Of a stretch of DNA of 64,000 nt, positions 21,036 to 28,941 are shown piece by piece. Numbering within the stretch: the first letter of the stretch is position 1; every line of letters starts with the position of its first letter. This stretch comes from an uncultured bacterium (GTDB lineage: Bacteria > Actinomycetota > Coriobacteriia > Coriobacteriales > Coriobacteriaceae), in assembly GCA_905215385.1 (NCBI GenBank), contig CAJMPY010000006.1:5292-69291 (forward strand). Reading direction: 5' to 3'. The notes below the pieces were generated by a model. That model saw only the letters and a program-made list of their open reading frames with translations, searched no databases and was not told where the DNA came from. Position numbers and translations under genes: made by a program.

Positions 21036-21138
21036 CCAACCCTTCATCAGTTGCGGTGAAATACGGACTAAACTGGCCCACAAACGGCCAAGACAGACCG
21101 TATTCCACCGCAACTTCCTTCTTGGCAGAGGAGAGTCC

Positions 21139-21948
21139 ATGCTGCAGGTCATCATTTCGCCCGCCAAGCAAATGCGCGCGGCCCAAGATGCTTTTGAAGT
21201 CCAGGGCATTCCACCCTCTGCGCACGAGACGGCTCGCCTCCACCGCGCATTGCTAGATATCGAGCGGAATGAAGGCAGCGGCGGCCTGCAGGCGCTGTGG
21301 AACGTGAGTGACAAACTGCTGGGACCTTGCCTCAACACCCTGCGTGAGTTCCGGCCCATCATGAATAACGGCGATCTCGACAATCCCGCACTCGCCCGCC
21401 ACCTCTCCCCTGCCGTCATGTCCTATCACGGCATTCAATACCAGAGTATGGCGCCCGAGGTGATGGATTCCGCGCAGCTCGCATGGCTGCAAGACCATCT
21501 GTGGATCCTCTCGGGCCTTTACGGATGCGTACGCCCCTTTCATGCCGTTGAACCGTATCGACTGGAGATGGGCGCGAAGCTCGCCGTCGACGATGCCCGA
21601 GACCTCTACGCGTTTTGGAGCGACAAGCTCGCGCGGGTTATCGCCCCGGCAGGCTCAAACACCACGATCGTCAACCTCGCCAGCGTAGAGTATGCCAAAG
21701 CCGTTCTGCCCCATCTCGCGGGCGACGCCACGGCCGTCACATGCCTCTTTGGCGAGGGTATCCGCAACGGGAAGCCCATCCAACGGTCGACCGCCAGCAA
21801 AAAGGCGCGCGGCTCCATGGTGCGGTGGATGGCAGAAAACAAGCTCGAGGATGTAAGCGAACTTACCGCATTCAACATCGGCTATCGGCACATCCCCGAG
21901 CTTTCAGACAAAAACACCCTGGTATTCATGAACGCGCAGGCACAATAG
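21139..21948 (+). CDS. yaaA: YaaA-family (UPF0246) peroxide stress protein
   Basis: MLQVIISPAKQM N-terminus; about 270 aa. Confidence 0.8.
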   Translation: MLQVIISPAKQMRAAQDAFEVQGIPPSAHETARLHRALLDIERNEGSGGLQALWNVSDKLLGPCLNTLREFRPIMNNGDLDNPALARHLSPAVMSYHGIQYQSMAPEVMDSAQLAWLQDHLWILSGLYGCVRPFHAVEPYRLEMGAKLAVDDARDLYAFWSDKLARVIAPAGSNTTIVNLASVEYAKAVLPHLAGDATAVTCLFGEGIRNGKPIQRSTASKKARGSMVRWMAENKLEDVSELTAFNIGYRHIPELSDKNTLVFMNAQAQ

Positions 21949-21971
21949 GCCCGCCGTTTCCAAACACTCCG

Positions 21972-22487
21972 TTACTCCGCCAAGGTATCGGCCTTTGCAA
22001 TCTCGCTCGTCGAGCCATCTTGGTAGGTAATCTTAACGTGCTCTACCTCGGACACCGCAACACCCGATGGGGGCTCCAAGCGCCATTCCGTCAGCGCGAT
22101 ATCCATAGTCGTAGGCACGTCGCCCTGATTCTTGAGCTTCACCGTCAGCGTTTTGAGCGCCGCATCATACGTCACGCGTTCGATTTCCTCACCAGGAATA
22201 GACCCACCGCTCAGCTGAAGCTGGACAAATCCATCGCGCGAATACCAATAGTCGCCCGGCGCGGCCACCGTGTTACCGCCAGCGATCTTCACCGTCATGA
22301 TCGGCAGGCTATCATCGGCCTCGAACTCCCATGCAGCGCCGCCGCGACCACCAAACGTCCAGATACAAACGGCAATCACCAGCACGGCAAGCACCGCAAA
22401 ACCAATCGCGACCAACCCATGGTGCGCACGGCTTTCCTCGGCCGATACATCCCATTGCATCTCTCGATATAGATGCTTGTCTTCCAT
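21972..22487 (-). CDS. hypothetical membrane-anchored protein
   Basis: 171 aa with a single N-terminal TM helix; upstream part of the 600-aa ORF is antisense to thiC and judged spurious. Confidence 0.45.
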   Translation of the reverse strand: MEDKHLYREMQWDVSAEESRAHHGLVAIGFAVLAVLVIAVCIWTFGGRGGAAWEFEADDSLPIMTVKIAGGNTVAAPGDYWYSRDGFVQLQLSGGSIPGEEIERVTYDAALKTLTVKLKNQGDVPTTMDIALTEWRLEPPSGVAVSEVEHVKITYQDGSTSEIAKADTLAE

Positions 22488-22557
22488 GTACGCCTCCCCA
22501 CAGGCACGCTCGTTAGGCCAATCGTACCCATTCGAGCTATACTTGAGCCCATTACAT

Positions 22558-22651
22558 AAACGGGGAGCTTGCAGGACAAGACGGCAGGCTGAGATTGGGC
22601 GCGCCCGCCCTGACCCGCAAACCTGATATGGGTAATGCCAACGAAGGGAGC
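22558..22651 (+). promoter_or_regulatory. TPP (THI-box) riboswitch preceding thiC
   Basis: ggggagc...gcugagauugggcgcgcccgcccugaccc...aaccugauauggguaaugccaacgaagggagc matches the CUGAGA and ACCUGAUCUGGAUAAUGCCAGCGUAGGGA consensus blocks. Confidence 0.8.
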
Positions 22652-22658
22652 CGTGCCA

Positions 22659-23993
22659 ATGAGCACACAGACCGAGCCCAAGCTCGTCACGCAAATCGAC
22701 TTCGCCCGTGCCGGGCAGATCACGCCGCAGATGAAGGAAGTCGCCGAGCGCGAGCATCGCGACCCCGAGTACATCCGCGAGCGCGTGGCCGACGGCCGCA
22801 TCGCCATTCCCGCCAATATTGTGCACATCAAAAAGGGCATGCGCGCCTTTGGCGTCGGTGAGGGCCTGTCCACCAAGGTCAACGTGAACTTGGGCATCTC
22901 GGGCGACAAGGCCGATGCCGCCGAGGAATGGAAGAAGGTCAAGATCGCCGAGGACTTTGGCGCCGACGCCATCATGGACCTCTCCAACTCGGGTAAGACG
23001 CGCCAGTTCCGCCAGCAGCTCATCGACGAGACGCCGCTCATGGTGGGCACCGTCCCCATGTACGACGCCATCGGCTACATGGAAAAGCCGCTTGTCAAGC
23101 TCACCAAGGACGACCTGTTCGAAGTCGTGCGCGCGCACGCCGAGGACGGCGTGGACTTTATGACCATCCACTGCGGCATCAACAAGTCGGTCACCAAGAC
23201 CTTTAAGGAGACCGGCCGCTTGATGAACATCGTGAGCCGCGGCGGCTCGCTGCTGTTTGGCTGGATGGAGGTCACCGGCAACGAAAACCCCTTCTACGAG
23301 TACTTTGACGAGCTGCTCGAGATTTGCCACGAGTACGACGTGACGATTTCGCTCGGCGACTCCTGCCGCCCGGGCTGCCTCTACGACTCCAACGACGCCA
23401 CCGAGACCGCCGAGATGATCGAGCTGGGCAAGCTGTGCAAGCGCGCTTGGGCCGCCGGCGTCCAAGTCATGGTCGAGGGCCCGGGTCACATGGCGCTCGA
23501 CGAGATCGCCGCCAACATGAAACTGCAGAAGCGCCTGTGCCACAACGCCCCGTTCTATGTGCTCGGGCCGCTGGTGACCGATATCGGCGTGGGTTACGAC
23601 CACATCACCGCCGCCATCGGCGGCGCTATCTCCGCCAGCTCCGGCGCCGACTTCCTGTGCTACGTGACGCCGGCCGAGCACTTGTGCCTGCCCAACGCCC
23701 AAGACGTGCTCGATGGCCTCATGGCCACCAAGATCGCCGCGCACGCCGCCGATATCGCCAAGAAGGTGCCGCACGCCCGCGACATGGACGACAAGATGGG
23801 CCAGGCACGCCGCAAGCTCGACTGGGACTCCATGTGGAAGTGCGCGCTCGACCCGGTCACCGGTAAGAAGCGCTACGAGGAGTCCCCCGCCGCCACCGAG
23901 GGCACCTGCACCATGTGTGGCAAGATGTGCGCCGTCCGCACCGTCAACAAGGTGTTCGAGGGTACGACGATCGATCTCGGCATGGAGGACTAA
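22659..23993 (+). CDS. thiC: phosphomethylpyrimidine synthase
   Basis: Radical-SAM ThiC motifs (CHNAPFYVLGPLVTDI; C-terminal CTMCGKMCA cluster); the ATG at 22659 lies after the riboswitch. Confidence 0.9.
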   Translation: MSTQTEPKLVTQIDFARAGQITPQMKEVAEREHRDPEYIRERVADGRIAIPANIVHIKKGMRAFGVGEGLSTKVNVNLGISGDKADAAEEWKKVKIAEDFGADAIMDLSNSGKTRQFRQQLIDETPLMVGTVPMYDAIGYMEKPLVKLTKDDLFEVVRAHAEDGVDFMTIHCGINKSVTKTFKETGRLMNIVSRGGSLLFGWMEVTGNENPFYEYFDELLEICHEYDVTISLGDSCRPGCLYDSNDATETAEMIELGKLCKRAWAAGVQVMVEGPGHMALDEIAANMKLQKRLCHNAPFYVLGPLVTDIGVGYDHITAAIGGAISASSGADFLCYVTPAEHLCLPNAQDVLDGLMATKIAAHAADIAKKVPHARDMDDKMGQARRKLDWDSMWKCALDPVTGKKRYEESPAATEGTCTMCGKMCAVRTVNKVFEGTTIDLGMED

Positions 23994-24171
23994 CTCGTCA
24001 CCGGAGCCACAATCAGTAACATGGTGTTCGTCAATTGTTGACGTGTGAACATTTGCTTACATTTGCGTAAAGATTGCATCGCCCGCCCGGGTTCGACATA
24101 GAGTCGGCCCGGGCATCTTTATAATGCTGGCTTAAAGACCCATTTGATTCCGACCGAACAAGGGAGCAAAC

Positions 24172-25002
24172 ATGGATCGCAGTAAGGTACCTGCCGTTCT
24201 ATCCATCGCAGGATCCGATTCCAGCGGTGGCGCCGGCATTCAGGCCGACATCAAGACCATCACGGCGCACCGCCTGTATGCCGAGACGGCCATCACCGCC
24301 ATCACCGCACAAAACACGCTCGGTGTCACCGCCGTGCAGAATATCTCCCCTGATATCGTCGCTGCGCAGATCGACGCCGTATTTGACGATATCCGCCCCA
24401 GCGCCGTCAAGATCGGCATGGTTTCCTCTGCCGAGATTATCGAGGTTATCGCCGACCGCCTGAGCGCCTGGAACGCGACAAACGTGGTCGTCGACCCCGT
24501 CATGGTAGCCACCTCGGGCGCACGGCTGATTGCCGAAGATGCCGCCGAGGCGCTCACCCGCCGCCTGTTCCCACTAGCAACCGTCATCACGCCCAATATT
24601 CCCGAGGCCATGGCCCTGCTTGACTACGAGGTCGACTCCGAGCGCACACAGCAAAATGCTGCCATGCTCCTCACCCGCCGCTTTGGTTGCGCATCCCTCG
24701 TTAAGGGTGGGCATCTTGTCAACGAGGCCAACGATGTATTGGCCGAACCCGCGCCACTCGATGACGAGGGCAACCATCTGGGCGATCCGCTCACCACGTG
24801 GTTCCGCCACAAGCGCATCGAGACCGACAACACACACGGCACCGGCTGCACGCTTTCGTCCGCCATCGCCTGCGCGCTGGCCCAGGGCATGGATCTTGCC
24901 GATGCCGTCAATGCGGGCAAGGCATACCTGACAGGCGCTCTGGCCGCCGGCCTGAACATGGGCAAAGGCTCCGGCCCTGTCAACCACATGTGGCAGTACT
25001 GA
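24172..25002 (+). CDS. thiD: hydroxymethylpyrimidine/phosphomethylpyrimidine kinase
   Basis: VLSIAGSDSSGGAGIQADIKT and GTGCTLSSAIA motifs. Confidence 0.85.
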   Translation: MDRSKVPAVLSIAGSDSSGGAGIQADIKTITAHRLYAETAITAITAQNTLGVTAVQNISPDIVAAQIDAVFDDIRPSAVKIGMVSSAEIIEVIADRLSAWNATNVVVDPVMVATSGARLIAEDAAEALTRRLFPLATVITPNIPEAMALLDYEVDSERTQQNAAMLLTRRFGCASLVKGGHLVNEANDVLAEPAPLDDEGNHLGDPLTTWFRHKRIETDNTHGTGCTLSSAIACALAQGMDLADAVNAGKAYLTGALAAGLNMGKGSGPVNHMWQY

Positions 25003-25123
25003 GACAGTTTGCCGCAGCTCGCTATTGATGCTGACCATCAGGCAAAACTCGCTGACGGCACCGCAACACGCTGACCGTACTTGGGGTTTTGCGCCCACTT
25101 GGGATATTCGAGGGATACGAGAA

Positions 25124-25160
25124 AGGGGCCGTGGCGACGAACCGCCACGGCCCCTTTTGC
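25124..25160. terminator. bidirectional rho-independent terminator between thiD and the prophage lysis cassette
   Basis: aggggccgtggcg-acgaa-cgccacggcccct followed by TTTTG on plus and preceded by AAAG (a T-run on the minus strand). Confidence 0.6.
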
Positions 25161-25178
25161 TGTTATCGCCCGCAGTCG

Positions 25179-25268
25179 TTAGCGCCGGTTGATGCTTACG
25201 ATGCAGAGCCCGATTGTCGCCACTGTGCCGCCGAAGAGCGACCCGAGCACGAATGCCAACGCGATCAT
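25179..25268 (-). CDS. 29-aa hydrophobic micro-ORF translationally coupled (ATGA overlap) to the endolysin stop
   Basis: [29 protein letters not shown]; not in the ORF track (<60 aa). Confidence 0.3.
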   Translation of the reverse strand: MIALAFVLGSLFGGTVATIGLCIVSINRR

Positions 25269-26404
25269 CGGCGCGTTCCGTCCGACACGTAGCACTGCAG
25301 GCGGTCGAGCGCATAGCCGTAGATGCCAGCGTAGTCATCGCCGCCATAGGTGGAGCCGTCATCGCAGACCTCGTCCCAGTAGCCAGCGTGTGCGACGTCC
25401 TGAGACCTGTAGTAGACCTGCTTGTATTCACCGTTGGTCGTGATGTAGTACATCTGAACACCGTCAATGGTCTGGCCCCAGATGCCCGCCATGCCGTTCA
25501 CGCTGTCGTTGTAGTTGGCATACTGTACCCAGCCGAGCCAACCGCTCTCCTTGGTGTGGACGCGGTAGCGAAGCGTGCCGCTGTCAACCCATGCGATGAG
25601 CATGTCGTGGGAGCCGTAAGGCATACCAGCGAAGCCCTCGGAGTTGGAGTCGTTGAAATTGGTAACGGCATCATTCCACGCACCGTAGCGGTTATGGAGA
25701 GCATAGTGGATGTTTACGCTCTTGCCCGTGGACTTCGGGAACTTGGTACGGGTTGCAGAATAAGAGGGCTGATAGGTGCCTCCATTGCCGTTGGTCGGCG
25801 CGATGGGAGCGACATAACCGCTGCCGAGATAGGCTGCGACCGCCTGCTTGAACTCCCACCACGACTTGCCGTACTGGGCGAAATAGCCATTCGGGTCGGT
25901 GTGATCGGACCCGCCCCAGCGCTGAGCCGCTTCGTAGTGGCTCAAAAGGCGGGACGTATCCCAGCCGCGAGAGCGGAGTTCGTCGCCCGCCCACTTCACG
26001 GCCTCGGACCACTGCTTGGAGAAGTCGGAAGCGTTCGTGGCGTGGGCGAGCTCGATGCCGATGGTTGCGTAGTTGCCGTTGCCCACGTGCCAACAAAGGC
26101 GGTTCTCCGGCACGGTGTTGTACACGGTGGAGCCGTCCAGCTCCATGACGTGATGTACGGCGTAGGTGTCGTCACGCGACCACAACAAAGTGTGGTTGTA
26201 GGCAGAAGCGCCGGGGTTCGCGGTCTCGTGAATGACGAGGTAGCTCGCATTGAGGTAGCCGTGACCGCCGCTCACGTACTTGTTCACACTCTGGTACGCC
26301 TCGGCTCCGCACGGGGCGGCGAGGGCCGCGGCGAGTGCGAGGACGATGGCGAAAACGCTGCGCATCGGCAGCTTGCGCTTAGCCTCGGCGTTAATCTCCG
26401 TCAT
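25265..26404 (-). CDS. phage endolysin: N-acetylmuramoyl-L-alanine amidase (amidase_2/PGRP fold) with N-terminal signal peptide and C-terminal aromatic-rich binding region
   Basis: [13 protein letters not shown]...[17 protein letters not shown] zinc-amidase motifs; [21 protein letters not shown] signal-like segment. Confidence 0.8.
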   Translation of the reverse strand: MTEINAEAKRKLPMRSVFAIVLALAAALAAPCGAEAYQSVNKYVSGGHGYLNASYLVIHETANPGASAYNHTLLWSRDDTYAVHHVMELDGSTVYNTVPENRLCWHVGNGNYATIGIELAHATNASDFSKQWSEAVKWAGDELRSRGWDTSRLLSHYEAAQRWGGSDHTDPNGYFAQYGKSWWEFKQAVAAYLGSGYVAPIAPTNGNGGTYQPSYSATRTKFPKSTGKSVNIHYALHNRYGAWNDAVTNFNDSNSEGFAGMPYGSHDMLIAWVDSGTLRYRVHTKESGWLGWVQYANYNDSVNGMAGIWGQTIDGVQMYYITTNGEYKQVYYRSQDVAHAGYWDEVCDDGSTYGGDDYAGIYGYALDRLQCYVSDGTRR

Positions 26405-26621
26405 GATCGCCACCCGCCTTCAGGCGCGCAGCGTCCACAGCCTGCTCGGCCGCGGCGTAGATGGCCGCACTCGCGACCCCGCACACCGTGCCGATGGCGG
26501 CGACGGTCTGGTTGTCCGTGGCGATGCCGGCCACGCTGGTCGCGACGGAGCCCAAAAAGGCAGCCGTGCACAGCCAGAACTTGCGGCTCGTCAGCTTGCG
26601 GGTAATGTCTTCGGTAGTCAT
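26391..26621 (-). CDS. holin (two TM segments)
   Basis: 76 aa, two hydrophobic helices, charged C-terminus; directly upstream of and overlapping the endolysin; GGAGGAATC RBS. Confidence 0.6.
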   Translation of the reverse strand: MTTEDITRKLTSRKFWLCTAAFLGSVATSVAGIATDNQTVAAIGTVCGVASAAIYAAAEQAVDAARLKAGGDHDGD

Positions 26622-26629
26622 GATTCCTC

Positions 26630-27043
26630 CTATCTACCTGTTTCTTTGTCGTAGAGCAGGTCGACGCGGTCGCGAATGTGGCTCACCTGTTCGGCCATCC
26701 CCTGACTGCGTGCCTGGCTGTGAACCAGGTCGGCGTGCAGGACGTCGTTTGACGCGACGACCGACTCCATGAGCGTTTTCATTCCTTCAATCAGGGTGTT
26801 GCTGCGCTCCATCTGGGCGGCGATGCGCCCCTCCATTTGGGACCGCTCGCGGTCGCGCTGCGCCCTCTCGTCGACTTCGGCCTGCTTGCGCTCCTCGCGC
26901 TTGAGGTCGAGGTTCGCCTTGCGCTCGTTCTGAACCTTGTACTCGGCCAAAAATTGCCGCCCAAAATAAAAGGCAATGAGCGCAAGCGCCGCGCCGCCGA
27001 GCCACCCCGGCCCGTACGGCGCGAAGAGCTTGAGTACCTCCAT
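26630..27043 (-). CDS. lysis-cassette membrane protein with N-terminal TM helix and long coiled coil
   Basis: MEVLKLFAPYGPGWLGGAALALIAFYF then a K/E/R-rich heptad region; GGAAGGAGG RBS. Confidence 0.4.
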   Translation of the reverse strand: MEVLKLFAPYGPGWLGGAALALIAFYFGRQFLAEYKVQNERKANLDLKREERKQAEVDERAQRDRERSQMEGRIAAQMERSNTLIEGMKTLMESVVASNDVLHADLVHSQARSQGMAEQVSHIRDRVDLLYDKETGR

Positions 27044-27121
27044 CTGACCTCCTTCCCGTTCTGCAGCGTGGTGGGGCCCATTCCCCGCCACACTGCAGGT
27101 TCGGGCCCCCGTAACGCGGGC

Positions 27122-27379
27122 CTACACCGCTGCCATCGTGCCGACGCACACGGCCAGCGGGCCCTGCGACAGGATCACGGCGCGGTCGGTGATGATGCAC
27201 CCCGTGCAGGAGCGCACCATCGGGACCGTCACCACCGCGCCGTGCAGCATCACGTCGAGCGCCGTGTCGTGGACGCCCACGACCGTGCCGAACTCCATCG
27301 TCAGCCGCTTGCCGCCCGACGGCATCGCCGCCGCCAGCCGCGCCGCCGCGCCCTTGATCTCGGTCGTCGAATCGCTCAT
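27122..27379 (-). CDS. hypothetical phage protein
   Basis: 86 aa from the ATG (MSDSTTEIKG); overlaps the stop of the upstream tail gene. Confidence 0.35.
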   Translation of the reverse strand: MSDSTTEIKGAAARLAAAMPSGGKRLTMEFGTVVGVHDTALDVMLHGAVVTVPMVRSCTGCIITDRAVILSQGPLAVCVGTMAAV

Positions 27380-28941
27380 CGCTCGTACCTCCTCGCCGTG
27401 TGCTTTATGACGCAGCCGGCGTCGAGCGTCAGCGTCTGCTTCTGGATTGCCAGCTTGCCGACAACCCCGCCGGTCCTGTAGTTCATCGCCACCGCCATGC
27501 ACGGCTCGACGGGCTTGTATACGCTCTTGAACTCGTCCGTGCGCGTCACGGCGCGCTCGGTGGCGAGCAGCTCAGCCGCCTTGCGGTCCGCCGCCGCCTG
27601 CATGGCGTCCTGGGGCCAAGGCGTGGCGTTGCCTCCCTCCTCGACCTTGTCGGCGACGAAGATGGCCTCGCCGCCGTCGATGTAGCAGTAGCCCCAGCTG
27701 ACCTTGCTGTGGTTCTCCGTGGCGTGGTAGGTGTAGCTGACCTTCTGCCACTCACCAGTCATGGTGAACCCCTTGGTCGCCGGGCCAAGCGCCCTCTCCT
27801 GATCCCAGAAAGACTGTATGATGCCCGTCGCGCCCTTGGTGCCCTTGACCCACACGCTCTGCGTGTAGTCCGTATCCTTCTTGACGCTCGGCCCCTCGTC
27901 CTGGCAGAAGCCGACGCGCCCGTCACTCGAAACGACCTTGATGCCGAAAAGCACTCCCACCTGCGGCGAGTCGGAGACGTAGACGGTCTGGATGCTGCCG
28001 TGCGAATCGCTCTGTCTAAAGCTCTTATCCGACTTCTTGCCGGTGCCGATGAGGGCGTTGGCGGCGCCCTCGACAAGGTTGGCGTCCTCGGTATCCACGC
28101 CCGGCAGGCTGTCGTAGCTGTAGCTCTTGACGATTCGACGACCGACCGAGACGGTCGAGAGGTCTGAATCGGGCGAGTCGTCCACCGCCGTGCCGCGCAC
28201 CGATGCGTCCTGCGTGCTGAAGTCCACGTGCACGACGTTGCAGACCTCGGCGCGGTTAGTCGATTCGGTCATGTCCGGCATGAAGCGCGCATCCCTGCCC
28301 TCGGTGAACTCCGCCGAGATGGGCATGTCGGCAGGCTCGACGTAGCGCCTGTAGATCACGTTGCCCATCCGGTCGGTCGCCGGCGAGCGGAACCTGGCCG
28401 CCTTGAGGAGCAGGTCCACCGCGTCCAGCTTGTTCTTAGCGTCGTTGTCCCTGCCCACGCCGAAAACCAAGGTGCTGCCCAGAAGGAGGCTGCTGGGGTC
28501 GGCGTAGACGGTGAGGCCGACCGATTCGGCTATCTTGACGGCCTCATCAACCAGATTGCTGCCCGCAACGATCACGTACGGCCCGTCGAAGTCGTCGTCT
28601 TTGAGCCGCTTCAGGAGGCCGTAGGCGTTGATCTGGCCCTCGCGGTAGGCGCCGTCGATGTCCACCGAGTCCACCTGCGGCATGAATGTTCCGAGGCACT
28701 CGCGCCTCTTACTGCCGTCCGTGAAGGTGGCGTTGAGGTACACACGCAGAAAGTCGTTGCCAACGTCGAACTTGTCGGCGAAGTCCAGGGATGCAGTCTC
28801 ATAGAGCGCCGTGTTCGCATTGCGCTCGATGGAGCCGCCGTTCTCGATGTCGCGCACGAAGTCGAGCTCGAGCCCCGTCTCACGTGATACGCGCACGAAG
28901 TCGTAGGAGGCGTCGAACGGCCTTATCCAGCTATCAGCCAT
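27376..28941 (-). CDS. phage tail protein (distal tail/baseplate or receptor-binding component)
   Basis: 521 aa; position after the FN3 fibre gene and before the lysis cassette; no specific motif recognised. Confidence 0.5.
   Translation of the reverse strand: MADSWIRPFDASYDFVRVSRETGLELDFVRDIENGGSIERNANTALYETASLDFADKFDVGNDFLRVYLNATFTDGSKRRECLGTFMPQVDSVDIDGAYREGQINAYGLLKRLKDDDFDGPYVIVAGSNLVDEAVKIAESVGLTVYADPSSLLLGSTLVFGVGRDNDAKNKLDAVDLLLKAARFRSPATDRMGNVIYRRYVEPADMPISAEFTEGRDARFMPDMTESTNRAEVCNVVHVDFSTQDASVRGTAVDDSPDSDLSTVSVGRRIVKSYSYDSLPGVDTEDANLVEGAANALIGTGKKSDKSFRQSDSHGSIQTVYVSDSPQVGVLFGIKVVSSDGRVGFCQDEGPSVKKDTDYTQSVWVKGTKGATGIIQSFWDQERALGPATKGFTMTGEWQKVSYTYHATENHSKVSWGYCYIDGGEAIFVADKVEEGGNATPWPQDAMQAAADRKAAELLATERAVTRTDEFKSVYKPVEPCMAVAMNYRTGGVVGKLAIQKQTLTLDAGCVIKHTARRYER

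Noticed and set aside
19602-21419. 605-aa minus-strand ORF
   Set aside because: It is antisense to the M18 aminopeptidase and yaaA genes. It has no recognisable motifs and shows GC-rich reverse-frame composition.
23994-24171. Possible second TPP riboswitch or operator upstream of thiD
   Set aside because: It has no CUGAGA or pyrimidine-sensing blocks, only a GTCAATTGTTGAC palindrome and a weak cccggg hairpin. That is insufficient to call a riboswitch.
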